Below the pieces are notes generated by a model that was not told the DNA's origin, made no database searches, and saw only the letters and a program-made list of their open reading frames with translations. Positions 1-10,000 of a DNA stretch of 64,000 nt are shown here, piece after piece. The stretch lies in NCBI GenBank assembly GCA_964361795.1, contig CAYIBZ010000002.1, positions 9,362 through 73,361 on the forward strand, read 5' to 3'. The stretch comes from an uncultured Candidatus Saccharibacteria bacterium (GTDB lineage Bacteria; Patescibacteriota; Minisyncoccia; UBA6257; WO2-44-18). Made by a program: the position numbers and the translations under genes. How positions within the stretch are numbered: position 1 is the stretch's first letter; every line of letters starts with the position of its first letter.

Positions 1-53
1 GTCAATGGATGCCGCCGCGATGACCTACTTTATCGGAAAGAAAAAAGGATAAA

Positions 54-989
54 TTACTTTTTTAAGCGTTCGGTGTAATACTCTATTGTGTGTTTCAACC
101 CGGTTTCCAGATCCACGATCGGCTTCCAACCAAGTTCTTTCTTGATCTTGGAAATATCGGCAACTAATACGTTCGGATCGCCGGGGCGTTCTCCTTGATC
201 CACTATTTTCAAATCCTTGCCGATTATTTTTTTAATCGTCAGCGCGATATCCAGCATTTTACGACCGTCACCACTGCCGACATTATAGGTTCGGAAGCCA
301 TTCTTCTTATCCATAGCGGCGAGAATGTTCGCTCGCGCCACATCGTCAACATAGATATAATCCTTAATCTGTTTGCCGCCCCAGTATACCCAAATGGTGT
401 TACCGGTCAGCGCCCACTGAATCCAGCTTGGTACGGCCCGAGTTACCGGCTTTTGCTCATCGCCCGGACCGTAAACGTTAAAATAACGTAAAGCCGCGCT
501 GTTTATTCCGAAAGAATGATAATAAGCGCTCAAAGCAGATTCAAAAGTGTATTTGGAGGCGCCGTAAGGATTAATGGGTTCTTTCTGGTCTTCTTCCTGC
601 ACCGGATTTCGTTTTGGCTCTCCATAAACTGATGAAGAAGATGAATAAATTATTTTCTTCACGCCCTTCTTACGCATCGCTTCTAACAATCGCACGCCAT
701 AAGTAAGATTATTTTCAAAGGCCGCCTCGGGTTTTTCCAAAGAGATTTTAATGATGCCTAGCGCCGCTAAATGGAACACCACATCTTTTTTATTCAGCAA
801 TTTTTCCAATAGCTTGCTGTCACTAAGACTACCCACCACAAGTTTTGCCCTAGAATCCGTAGTGCTTCGGCCGCTGGATGAAAGATCGTCAATGACCGTC
901 ACTTCGTGACCGCCATCGCACAGATGTCTGACTAAAGTGGCGCCTATAAAACCGGCTCCGCCGGTAATCAATACCTTCATTTGCTTCAA
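54..989 (-). CDS. NAD-dependent epimerase/dehydratase (UDP-glucose 4-epimerase-like extended SDR)
   Basis: N-terminal Rossmann motif VLITGGAGFIGATLVRHL. Catalytic YGASK (YxxxK) present. About 310 aa, typical of extended SDR nucleotide-sugar enzymes. Confidence 0.7.
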   Translation of the reverse strand: MKQMKVLITGGAGFIGATLVRHLCDGGHEVTVIDDLSSSGRSTTDSRAKLVVGSLSDSKLLEKLLNKKDVVFHLAALGIIKISLEKPEAAFENNLTYGVRLLEAMRKKGVKKIIYSSSSSVYGEPKRNPVQEEDQKEPINPYGASKYTFESALSAYYHSFGINSAALRYFNVYGPGDEQKPVTRAVPSWIQWALTGNTIWVYWGGKQIKDYIYVDDVARANILAAMDKKNGFRTYNVGSGDGRKMLDIALTIKKIIGKDLKIVDQGERPGDPNVLVADISKIKKELGWKPIVDLETGLKHTIEYYTERLKK

Positions 990-1029
990 CTTTAAGACCG
1001 TTTTTGACGCTTGTCAAACGATCGAGTTT

Positions 1030-1986
1030 TTAGTGAGCTGCTTTTTGCATTACAACTCGCATGTTTGAGGTTTTTCCGTAAAAAATCAAAATGACAAGGT
1101 CAAAAATAGTGAAGACTACAAGTAAGAGCGGGTTTTGATAAGTAAAAACGCTGGCAATCTTCGGATAATTCTTGTCCAGCAACATGTTTCTTATAGAGTG
1201 TATCCAAAATATCGGGTATGGAAAATACTGAATCCTGACAATCTCGAGATGCGCTAAGGCCGCCAATTCTTTCAAGCTTGTTTCGTTAAAAAGCCATAAG
1301 TGACGCGGGATCTGATAGCCGTCCCAATATCCTTTAGAAAATATTTTAGCGTCCAGCGAATCAATTGATGGCGTCTCAATAAATAAATATCCGCCGTCTT
1401 TTAGGGCGCCGGCCAGATTGTTTATTGCTTTAAGCGGATGATACAGGTGTTCGATAACCTGAAACATAGTGATTACGTCAAATTTTTCGGTGGTGGTAAA
1501 TTCATCCAATGTTCCCGGCATAACCCCGAAACCCTCATTTTTGAGCGGCTCCAAAATCTTTTCGGAAAAATCGTTAGCGTATAAATTGTCGGAACTTCCA
1601 ATGATTTTTTTCAAGATCTTTAAAAATACGCCGCTGCCAGATCCGGCATCTAAAATTTTTATTTCATCTTTTTTTCTACCCGATAATTTAATTACCGCCT
1701 TCGCCTTTCTACGTTGCAAAAAATCTCTGACAACTTTGGCTATACCGCCGATCTTATTAAACTGAAAAGGGATAAATTCCGAGGAATATATTATATCCAG
1801 CGAATCCGGAGTTGGTTGCGGATATAAATAAACTAAATTTCCATTGTCGCAGGAACGTAATTCAAAAGCATTCGCGCAGGTATTATATTCGAAATCGCGA
1901 CCCTTGCCTAAAACCGTATACGAAACAATCTCTTTGTTAAAATATTTTTCTGCTTTTTGTGTTTTTATCAAAGACTTAGACTCCAT
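1030..1986 (-). CDS. class I SAM-dependent methyltransferase with Cys-rich N-terminal segment
   Basis: SAM motif I ILDAGSGSGVFL and acidic motif II DVITMFQVIEHL. N-terminal CANAFELRSCDNG. Architecture resembles ORF 32559..33485. Confidence 0.6.
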   Translation of the reverse strand: MESKSLIKTQKAEKYFNKEIVSYTVLGKGRDFEYNTCANAFELRSCDNGNLVYLYPQPTPDSLDIIYSSEFIPFQFNKIGGIAKVVRDFLQRRKAKAVIKLSGRKKDEIKILDAGSGSGVFLKILKKIIGSSDNLYANDFSEKILEPLKNEGFGVMPGTLDEFTTTEKFDVITMFQVIEHLYHPLKAINNLAGALKDGGYLFIETPSIDSLDAKIFSKGYWDGYQIPRHLWLFNETSLKELAALAHLEIVRIQYFPYPIFWIHSIRNMLLDKNYPKIASVFTYQNPLLLVVFTIFDLVILIFYGKTSNMRVVMQKAAH

Positions 1987-2163
1987 AATTTTATTTCATA
2001 CCATCGCCTTTCCTGACTAATACTAACCAATTATTAGGATCTTCCGTTAAATCTCCTAAGCCAAAAAGTAAACAAATTGGTATTCTGATTATCGCATAAA
2101 GAGTCATGAACGGCGGCAAAGGATAAAAAAGAAATTTTTGTATTACTGTTCTCTGCATACTAG

Positions 2164-4011
2164 CTATTTAATATTATAAACTTCTACCGCTTCATTGCGA
2201 TAAACTAATTCCAAGTTACTAAGGCCATGTAAAGATATTTGGCTAAAATCCCGCTCCCATGGTCCATAGAAAACGTAATCCGCTTCAACATCTTTAAAAC
2301 TAACAAAAAATTTTTGGTAACGATCGAGTAATTCTCTAATTTTATATTCGGGAATCCGCCGATCGCGGGGGTTTTCCGGAGTGATAAAGTAATTTTGGTA
2401 CAGGTAAGTGCGCGCGTCGGCGAGGTTGCTTATGGCGTATGCCTGATCGCAATTATCGCGGCAAATTAGGCCTGCGCCGTCGCGCAGCCGGGCTCCCAAA
2501 ATTTTTGGATCAACATTAAATAATTTATTGGCGGCCAGGAAGCGCTCTTCCATGTCAAAGTTGGAAATGGAGGTAACTTGTCCCCATGGTAAAAATGGCC
2601 TGGCCGAAGTATATGCCGAGATATAAATGGAAGTCAGTAATGACGGCGATATCACTTTTGGCTCATTTAGGTTTTGGTCCATCCAGCGGTAGGCGGTCAA
2701 AACATCTTCTGGTAAAACATAATTTTTCAAAGTTTCCTGATTCGGCGAAATAAACATCGCCGCATTAATAACCTTTTTAAGGATCAGAAGTGATGATAAA
2801 ACCAGCATAATCGCCAAAATGAATTGGGCTTTTTTCGAATATTTCCAATCCTTGTATCCGCAATATACGATATCCAAAACAATCACGAACAGAATCGGAT
2901 TAATCGCTCTTGGCCAATGATCCGAGTGTGGAACATAACCGATAACTAATTGGATATTCCAAATTATGAAAGCCGCGGCTATAGCGCAAAAATACAGCAC
3001 GGCCCGCAGTCGCCTTTCCGGAACACGCCACATTGTCCAATAGACCAAAACTGCGGCGGTCGCGTAAATGATATAGGCCGGCCACACCTGCCATGTAAAA
3101 TTACGACCAATCTCCAAACCGATGCGATCAATCAGATCTTCGCCTCCAGGTACGGCCTTCAAGGCGAAATAATTTATGAAATAAGGAATGCTAACCACAG
3201 CAGTCGTCGCAACCAATAAACCGGTATTTCTCAAGCGGGGCCAATCAGTCTTTCGGAGCCGAAATAAACAATACAAAAACACCAACACTAGAACCACTGC
3301 CCAATAAACCCAAATATGAAAATAAGTATAAAATAACAACCCGGCTGTGAAGCCGGCCAAAATCGAGTATGCCCATATGGATTTCTGCCAAAATAGAAGA
3401 AAACTCGCAATAGCTGCGAGATACGGAATCGTCGTAAGTAACGGGTGATCGGCTCGAGAGTAAAAAAGCAAAGGTAAAAGCGTCTTGATCCCGGGATAAA
3501 AGTTTTTTAGAACAATGTTGGAAAAATTAGTTAAACCAAGGAAGGCTTCGGTGGTCACCAGCGAAACCGGGGTCAGGATGCCTATTAAACCGAAAAAAAG
3601 TGACCATAATTTAGTCCGTTCAAAAATTATCAGACCGATCCCGTAAAACAGCAAAAATAAAATTGCCGGAATTACAAACAGAGCCGTCAAATAACCGTTA
3701 GTAATATCGCCAAATAGTGATATAAAAAAACCCAAGATCAGCGGCGGCAAAGAAGGATACATGCCTGGACTACTGTAATCAAAAAATAGGTCGGCGGGGG
3801 GGAAGTGGCCATCCGCGACCTCCCGAGCGAATTGGAAATAACCGTCTCCACCGTCATGCAAACGTAAAAACTGATTAAGTACGAATGTCCGACCGGTTGC
3901 CTCAACGGCTTGCTTGATCAATAACTGTGGCGTAACGCTCAAGGAGCCAACCAATATAGTGGCTAGAACCAGAACTGCTATCCAAATATAATTAGCGCGC
4001 TGTTTGGACAT
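2164..4011 (-). CDS. polytopic membrane protein, putative GT-C-like glycosyltransferase (intact paralog of the disrupted gene at 34576..36652)
   Basis: More than ten hydrophobic helices plus a C-terminal soluble domain. Strong collinear similarity to the 34576..36652 gene (YFHIWVYW, IWNIQLVIGYVP, DADYVFYGPWE). The ORF-track start at 4050 is a TTG; the ATG at 4011 aligns with the paralog N-terminus and avoids overlap with the upstream GT2. Confidence 0.4.
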   Translation of the reverse strand: MSKQRANYIWIAVLVLATILVGSLSVTPQLLIKQAVEATGRTFVLNQFLRLHDGGDGYFQFAREVADGHFPPADLFFDYSSPGMYPSLPPLILGFFISLFGDITNGYLTALFVIPAILFLLFYGIGLIIFERTKLWSLFFGLIGILTPVSLVTTEAFLGLTNFSNIVLKNFYPGIKTLLPLLFYSRADHPLLTTIPYLAAIASFLLFWQKSIWAYSILAGFTAGLLFYTYFHIWVYWAVVLVLVFLYCLFRLRKTDWPRLRNTGLLVATTAVVSIPYFINYFALKAVPGGEDLIDRIGLEIGRNFTWQVWPAYIIYATAAVLVYWTMWRVPERRLRAVLYFCAIAAAFIIWNIQLVIGYVPHSDHWPRAINPILFVIVLDIVYCGYKDWKYSKKAQFILAIMLVLSSLLILKKVINAAMFISPNQETLKNYVLPEDVLTAYRWMDQNLNEPKVISPSLLTSIYISAYTSARPFLPWGQVTSISNFDMEERFLAANKLFNVDPKILGARLRDGAGLICRDNCDQAYAISNLADARTYLYQNYFITPENPRDRRIPEYKIRELLDRYQKFFVSFKDVEADYVFYGPWERDFSQISLHGLSNLELVYRNEAVEVYNIK

Positions 4012-4031
4012 AATTAAAATATTCAAAATTC

Positions 4032-4760
4032 TTAGTGGAATTTTTTCCAAACTTTAATCGTATCTTTCAAAAAACCGAAAATAATCGCCGGCCTTATGAA
4101 CGCGAAAATCTTCCCACCTGCCCATATCTGGGCCTCGGCAACGCCCCGAGTTCTGGGATAATGATGAACCCCAATCTCCCCTATCGTGAACCCGTTCCGA
4201 AGCGCGGTAAGGTAAATTTCAACGTTCACAACACCCTGCGTCAGATCAGGCAAAAAATTAACGACGTCAATCACCTTGCGACGATATAATTTGAACGCGC
4301 AATTAATATCTTTAACCTTCAGGCCAAAAAGCAACCGCATCGTCCAATTATAAATTTTAGAGGTCCAGGCCCGCATCAAAGGATCGAATCGTTTTAACTT
4401 ATAACCGGTTACGATGTCGTATTTAGAAATCAGCGGCAACAGAAGATCGAGTTCATTGATATCGAACTGCATGTCGCCATCGGTGTAAAAAATCAATTCT
4501 TTTCTAGAATTTTTGAATCCGTCCCGCAATACTTGCGCGTAGCCAAAATTCTTCGGCTTAGCTATAAGCCGCAATTGCGGAATATCTTTTTGCAGTTCCG
4601 TAGTGATCTCGTTGGTTCGATCAATACTCCCCTCGCTCACAACCAGAATCTCGTAATTCTGAAAACGCGGCTTTAAATAATTATTTATTTTCATAACGGC
4701 TTCACGGACATTTTCTTCTTCGTTATAGCAAGGTATAAAGACCGAGATGCTTTGATTCAT
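4032..4760 (-). CDS. glycosyltransferase family 2 (small DPM1-like)
   Basis: N-terminal VFIPCYNEEENV GT2 signature and a DxD-like YTDGD. 242 aa soluble GT2. Confidence 0.7.
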   Translation of the reverse strand: MNQSISVFIPCYNEEENVREAVMKINNYLKPRFQNYEILVVSEGSIDRTNEITTELQKDIPQLRLIAKPKNFGYAQVLRDGFKNSRKELIFYTDGDMQFDINELDLLLPLISKYDIVTGYKLKRFDPLMRAWTSKIYNWTMRLLFGLKVKDINCAFKLYRRKVIDVVNFLPDLTQGVVNVEIYLTALRNGFTIGEIGVHHYPRTRGVAEAQIWAGGKIFAFIRPAIIFGFLKDTIKVWKKFH

Positions 4761-5698
4761 TATTTCACTATAACCTCTTTTATATTGTAGGGAGGTTTCC
4801 CGGTGGATTCATGGTAGTTCCTTATCAATAATTCCGCTAAAAATCCCATCGCGAATAAGACCAAGCCGGAAATAAAAAACAGCGAAGCTACAAGTGGCAA
4901 TGGCGAGCGCCCGAAATCAAAACCTTCAAAAATTTTCAGATAAGCGGAGTAGCCGCCAGAAAGAATAGCCAGAAACCAACTGAACAGGGCGAGACCGCCG
5001 AAGATCAGAAGTGGCCTAACCGTGGACGTGAGAAACCTGACGGTTAAAAGATCCGATATGTCCTTAACGGCTTTCAAAAAATTATGTTTAGATACGCCTA
5101 ACTTTCTGGCGTGATGATTAACTTCCACTTCGGCGACTTTCGCGCCCTGCAAAAAAAGATATGCCGGTAAAAAAACGTGCATTTCTCCATAAAGATGGAC
5201 GTCTTTTAAAACAGACGCGCGATAGGCCTTCAGAGCGCAGGCATGATCATGAAGATAAAGGCCAGTAACTTTGCGGGTCAGCCAATTAGCCAGACGAGAG
5301 AGGACCTTCCTGTCCGCTGGGTCGTGTCGGTTTTTCCGCCAGCCGGAAACCACGTCATATCCTTCGTTAATTTTCGTGATAAGATTAGGAATATCTTCCG
5401 GGTCATTTTGCAAATCGGCGTCCATGGTGATAACGATGTCACCCTTGGCCAATTTCAACCCCGCGTCCAGCCCGGCGGTCTGACCAATGTTTTTAGCTAT
5501 AACAACTATTTTGATTGGAGAAAGTTTTTTGAGTTTTTCTAGGGTCCGATCAGTCGAACCATTATCAACAGCAATAATCTCGTAGGGCTGGCCAATTTTA
5601 TCTAATACTCTAAGAATAGTTCCATAGAGCACTTCAACGCTTTCTTCTTCGTTATAAGCGGGAAATACTACAGAAATCATTACTGAATAGTAAGCCAA
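4760..5698 (-). CDS. glycosyltransferase family 2, polyprenol-phosphate sugar transferase (GtrB/DPM1-like) with C-terminal TM anchor
   Basis: VVFPAYNEEESV and DADLQNDPEDIP motifs. C-terminal hydrophobic helices (LLIFGGLALFSWFLAIL...). Has a start/stop overlap with the adjacent GT2. Confidence 0.65.
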   Translation of the reverse strand: MAYYSVMISVVFPAYNEEESVEVLYGTILRVLDKIGQPYEIIAVDNGSTDRTLEKLKKLSPIKIVVIAKNIGQTAGLDAGLKLAKGDIVITMDADLQNDPEDIPNLITKINEGYDVVSGWRKNRHDPADRKVLSRLANWLTRKVTGLYLHDHACALKAYRASVLKDVHLYGEMHVFLPAYLFLQGAKVAEVEVNHHARKLGVSKHNFLKAVKDISDLLTVRFLTSTVRPLLIFGGLALFSWFLAILSGGYSAYLKIFEGFDFGRSPLPLVASLFFISGLVLFAMGFLAELLIRNYHESTGKPPYNIKEVIVK

Positions 5699-5721
5699 TT
5701 ACTCTTATAATTCAATCGCAG

Positions 5722-6840
5722 TTATTTCTTAAGGATTTTCTCTTTTTCCAATTTTTTCATGCTCTCTTGAAGATATTTTATAGCCTCCGGACAGCTTTTT
5801 GCCCATTCTACAAACTCCGTAACACTATCGAAAATATTTCGCTTGGGCCGCCAACCCAACTTTTTGAGTTTGGAAATGTCCATTATGGAATTACGCGGAG
5901 CGTTAATCCTGAACAGGCCGGGCAAGACCGTACGGAATTTAACTCTCACAAATTTACAAACTGCCCTCGCGAGATCATTTACTCTAGTTTGGCCTCCACT
6001 ACCGACATTAAAGACCTGATAATCCGCTCGCGGATCTTTCAAAACTGTAAGGTGGGCGTCAACAACATCATGAACATTAACAAAATCCCGAACCTGCTGG
6101 CCATCTTCCTGCATTACAATCGGTTGATCGGCCAATGCTCGCACGCAGAAATCCCGTAAGGCTCCGGAATAGAAATGACGGATGGACTGGCGTGATCCCT
6201 GGACAATCGAATAGCGAAGCGCAACGGACGGTATCTGATAAATTTTTCCAAGGATTATAGCAGTTTTTTCTGATGCCCACTTGGAAATACCATAGGGTAT
6301 CACAGGTTTCGGATCATCATCTTCCAGTTCCGGCATCGGTTCAGCTAATGCTTGATCTTTGGGACAAATCACTTCCCATTGATGTCCATGTAATTGCGAT
6401 TCCGGCCGTGATTCGGCGTAAAAAACACCATGCTTCGAACAACGGTACTTGCCTTCTCCGTAGAGAGATTGAGAAGAGGCCACGATTACCTTCTTTATCG
6501 GTAGCTTCTTTTCCAGAATAATTTCATAAAGCAAAGCTGCGCTACGTGAATTAGTATCAAAAAAAGTAGAAAAATCCGGATGATAATCCATGTAAGCGGC
6601 CAGATGGAAAACGTAAGAAACGCCCCGCAGCGCTTTTTCCCAATCTTTCTTATTCCGCACATCGCCCTTCATGAACTTCGCCTTTTTATTAAACCAATCC
6701 GGCAACTTACCGTTGTGAGTAGGCGGTTGAAGATTATCCAGCACCCGGACTCGATAACCATTTTCAATCAGCGCGTCCACTAGGTGCGAACCGATGAATC
6801 CGGCCCCGCCAGTTACTAAAACAAGGTTATTTTTGGGCAT
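5722..6840 (-). CDS. NAD-dependent epimerase/dehydratase family protein with Cys-containing insertion
   Basis: LVTGGAGFIGSHLVDAL Rossmann motif and YGISK (YxxxK). Extended SDR with an inserted segment containing CSKH...ICPKD. Confidence 0.65.
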   Translation of the reverse strand: MPKNNLVLVTGGAGFIGSHLVDALIENGYRVRVLDNLQPPTHNGKLPDWFNKKAKFMKGDVRNKKDWEKALRGVSYVFHLAAYMDYHPDFSTFFDTNSRSAALLYEIILEKKLPIKKVIVASSQSLYGEGKYRCSKHGVFYAESRPESQLHGHQWEVICPKDQALAEPMPELEDDDPKPVIPYGISKWASEKTAIILGKIYQIPSVALRYSIVQGSRQSIRHFYSGALRDFCVRALADQPIVMQEDGQQVRDFVNVHDVVDAHLTVLKDPRADYQVFNVGSGGQTRVNDLARAVCKFVRVKFRTVLPGLFRINAPRNSIMDISKLKKLGWRPKRNIFDSVTEFVEWAKSCPEAIKYLQESMKKLEKEKILKK

Positions 6841-7834
6841 AAATTTTTTCCACGATTCTTAAAGTTTCATAAGCGTCACGACCACTGGGCTTAGTCTCAC
6901 GACCACTTTTAACCGCATCGGCAAATTCTTTCAAAACTAGCGCCAAGGAACGATCAGCGTCCGAATTGCAAATAACTCTGTTTTCTTTCGGAGAACCAAT
7001 AAAATTTCCCGGCCGAATTCCGAAAATCAACTTTTCTTCCCCGCCATATCTTTTCCCTAGCCCTTCAACCTTCAAGAATCCCCTGGTTCCATATATTTCA
7101 AACGAATGGATTGGATCCCAGTTGGTCCAGCTAACATGAATGGAGGCAACCCGGTTTTTGGTGTTTTTCAAAAGTACAAATGCGTTATCGTCAACATCGG
7201 AACTCCAAAACAAATTTTCTGCGAAACCGACAATTTCTTTTACATTGCCCAAAAAATATTTAGCCAAGTCTATCATATGAACTCCTTGATCCAGCAACTC
7301 ACCACCGCCAAGAACTTTTCTGTGACGCCATTCCTTTTTATAACCAGGACGTCCGCCAAAACCGTAACGAGCCCGGATAAATAAAATCTCGCCTATCTTA
7401 CCTTCCTTGATTGCCTTATCGGCTTTCACGAAAGCGTCATGGAAACGATGGTTGAAGGATACTAAATAATGAAGCTTTTTTCTTTTAGCAAGTAAAATCG
7501 CTTTTTGAATGTCAGATGATTTTACAGCGCCCGGTTTCTCGCAAATGACATTTTTGCCAGCGCTTAAGGAGATTAATGAAATCGGCGCCAATAAAAAAGT
7601 CGGGACCGCTATGATTACCGTGTCGATATCATCACGCTTTAAAATATTCCGATAATCCGCCGCCGCCTCGCAATTTTTCAGCATGATTGCCAACTCCTTC
7701 GCGCGATTAATGTCCTTATCCGCTATGACACGCAAAGTAAAATCCGATGAATGCGTAGCTGCCATAACCCAGCGCTTGCCCATTCCACCGGCGCCGATTA
7801 AGGCCAGATTCATTTTTTTATTGATTTTTTTCAT
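6827..7834 (-). CDS. Gfo/Idh/MocA family NAD(P)-dependent oxidoreductase
   Basis: N-terminal LALIGAGGMGKRW Rossmann motif and the EKP motif (ICEKPGA) typical of the Gfo/Idh/MocA family. Confidence 0.65.
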   Translation of the reverse strand: MKKINKKMNLALIGAGGMGKRWVMAATHSSDFTLRVIADKDINRAKELAIMLKNCEAAADYRNILKRDDIDTVIIAVPTFLLAPISLISLSAGKNVICEKPGAVKSSDIQKAILLAKRKKLHYLVSFNHRFHDAFVKADKAIKEGKIGEILFIRARYGFGGRPGYKKEWRHRKVLGGGELLDQGVHMIDLAKYFLGNVKEIVGFAENLFWSSDVDDNAFVLLKNTKNRVASIHVSWTNWDPIHSFEIYGTRGFLKVEGLGKRYGGEEKLIFGIRPGNFIGSPKENRVICNSDADRSLALVLKEFADAVKSGRETKPSGRDAYETLRIVEKIYAQK

Positions 7835-7836
7835 GA

Positions 7837-9966
7837 CTATCTTCCTATGCCTAGATACTTGAACCCGGCCGAGCGGATCTCGGATTCCCGATCGGCGAAA
7901 AAGTTTCGAGTATCAAAGACAACGGCCGGATTTTTCATAATTTGCTTTAGCTTGGTAAAATCCAGACTCTTAATTTCTGGCCCAGGGGTGATAGCAAGAA
8001 TCACGTCCGATCCCGCCGCAGCCTCGTAAGGATCTTTAGAAAAATCTCCTTCCGCTCCGGCGTCAAAAATTTTCACGGAAGCTCCGTGATCTTCCAGCAT
8101 TTTTTTTACTTCCATTGGCAGAGATCTTCGAAGTGTCGGTGTCCCCGCCTTATAGGTTGCCCCGAGGATTGTAACTAATCTTCCCCGAAGACTCCCTAAT
8201 GATCTATTTAAAACATCGATAACCAGATTTTTTCTATCGGTATTTTTCTTAAGAACGCCTGTGATCACCGGCAAGGTGGTGACGCCTGACTCTTTCATTA
8301 TATCCAAAAGAGCGTTTAAATCTCGGCCCAAAGTTCCTCCGGAAAATCCCAAACTCGGATCAAGATACGCCTTGTTTCCGATGCGGGAATCGGAAACCAA
8401 AGCTTTTTTAACATCCAGAATATCCGCGCCGGTTTTTTCACAAACATCAGCGATGTCATACGCGAAGGTCAGCGAAGTCGCTAAAAAGGCGTTCAGGGCG
8501 TGCTTGGCGACTTCGGCCGATTCCGCCGACATCTTTAAAACTGGGCAATTCAACTCGGCGAAAATTTCTTTCATTTTTGCAAACGCGTCCGCGGAACCGG
8601 TGCCGACAACCACTCTCTCTGGGTTAAAGAAACAATTCACGGCATTACCCAGTCTTAAATTTTCCGGACTATAGGCGTAGTCAAATTTTAAACCGGCTCT
8701 TTTTTCTTTTATAAATTCTATGATTTTTTTAGACGTACCGACCGGCAACTGGCTGGAGATCACTATCAAAACGCCCTGTTTCACGAACGGCAAAGATTTT
8801 TCCAAAAGATCAAAAATTATTTTTACATCCGGCTTGTCTTCATCATTAACGGGAGTATCCATCGTAATCCAGAAAACATCTTGGTCGGCGATTTTACTAA
8901 AATTATCGTGGTAGGCAAGACGACCTTCGGATTGATTTTTAGATATCAATAATTCTAATTTTGGCTCGGCAACTGGTGGAACTGTGAATTTCTTCTCATC
9001 AATGCCGCTAACTTTATGTCCCAATTCCGCCAAGCCGGCAGAATAAATCTCCCCCAAATGCCATAATCCAACTACTGCGATTTTATGAGAACGGAAATTA
9101 GAATCCGGATTTTTTCTCAACATCGAATTTCCCAAAGTGGTCCTTCTAAGATTGTAGGTATCGGGATTACAGATTTCGTTTTTAAACAAGGGAAATTTAC
9201 GATAATTATCCCAAACCGCGGAAAGGATTTTGCCGGTAATCTCATTTGCTTCATTGGAAGCCAAAAACAAACAGAGATCGGCCGCTTTTTGAGGCGAAAC
9301 ACCCCCTTCTTGTTTCTGTTTTAGAAAACGTTCATATGCCTCCCGACCAACCTTTTCCGGTCCGGCAGCTAATAGGTCGTCGATCAATTTAGTATTTACC
9401 GCGCCGGGAGCAATGGCGTTGACACTGATATTAAATCCTTTGAGTTCAGCCGCTACCGTTTCATTGAAGCGGGCAATTGCACCCTTAGAGGCTGCGTATC
9501 CGCTAAAATTGGGAAAGGCGCCTTCTCCGCCGCCGACGAAATTAATTATTTTGCCTCCGCCTTGTTTTTTCATAAGCGGCGCCAATGTCTTGATCATTAA
9601 GAAAGTCCCGATGAGGTTGACATCAATAACCTTCCGCCATTCATTTAAATCGTTGTCTATAGCGGGACCGATGGGGCCGAAAATTCCGGCGGCATTAACT
9701 AAAATGTCCGCTTTATCGCCGAATTTTTCGTTCAGAATTCTTAAAATATCATTAGCGACTTTTGGATTGGAAATATCCGCGGAATAAATTTCTATTTTTA
9801 TCGGAAACGACGCGAGCTTGGACTTGGCCTTTTCGAGTTCTTCCTGACTCCTAGAAATCAAAAAAAGATCCGCTCCGGCCTTAGCGAAATTTTCTGCTAT
9901 CGTAAATCCTATTCCTCGGCTTCCGCCAGTAATAACGGCGGTTTTCCCGTTCAAAATCATATGCAT
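7837..9966 (-). CDS. bifunctional-looking fusion: classical SDR (N-terminal) + UDP-glucose/GDP-mannose dehydrogenase family domain (C-terminal)
   Basis: The N-terminal 250 aa carry TAVITGGSRGIG and YAASK (classical SDR). The C-terminal 430 aa carry KIAVVGLWHLGEIYSAGL NAD-binding and the UDPG_MGDP_dh central and C-terminal regions. The position of the catalytic GGSC motif reads GFSGGT, so the Cys appears replaced. Confidence 0.65.
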   Translation of the reverse strand: MHMILNGKTAVITGGSRGIGFTIAENFAKAGADLFLISRSQEELEKAKSKLASFPIKIEIYSADISNPKVANDILRILNEKFGDKADILVNAAGIFGPIGPAIDNDLNEWRKVIDVNLIGTFLMIKTLAPLMKKQGGGKIINFVGGGEGAFPNFSGYAASKGAIARFNETVAAELKGFNISVNAIAPGAVNTKLIDDLLAAGPEKVGREAYERFLKQKQEGGVSPQKAADLCLFLASNEANEITGKILSAVWDNYRKFPLFKNEICNPDTYNLRRTTLGNSMLRKNPDSNFRSHKIAVVGLWHLGEIYSAGLAELGHKVSGIDEKKFTVPPVAEPKLELLISKNQSEGRLAYHDNFSKIADQDVFWITMDTPVNDEDKPDVKIIFDLLEKSLPFVKQGVLIVISSQLPVGTSKKIIEFIKEKRAGLKFDYAYSPENLRLGNAVNCFFNPERVVVGTGSADAFAKMKEIFAELNCPVLKMSAESAEVAKHALNAFLATSLTFAYDIADVCEKTGADILDVKKALVSDSRIGNKAYLDPSLGFSGGTLGRDLNALLDIMKESGVTTLPVITGVLKKNTDRKNLVIDVLNRSLGSLRGRLVTILGATYKAGTPTLRRSLPMEVKKMLEDHGASVKIFDAGAEGDFSKDPYEAAAGSDVILAITPGPEIKSLDFTKLKQIMKNPAVVFDTRNFFADRESEIRSAGFKYLGIGR

Positions 9967-10000
9967 ATTATAGTATAAAAAGGCGATTTTTCAAGTTAAA

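Noticed and set aside
195-491. Many short ORFs (60-137 aa) on the strand opposite to long well-supported genes, for example 195..491, 1469..1765, 2900..3219, 5243..5542, 8261..8674 and 52435..53147.
   Set aside because: They are fully nested antisense within long conserved-domain genes. They have low-complexity or odd composition and no recognizable motifs. These are typical six-frame artefacts in AT-rich DNA.
4012-4050. ORF-track start of the GT-C-like gene at 4050.
   Set aside because: It begins on a TTG and overlaps the upstream GT2 by 19 nt. The in-frame ATG at 4009-4011 aligns with the N-terminus of the paralog and removes the overlap.
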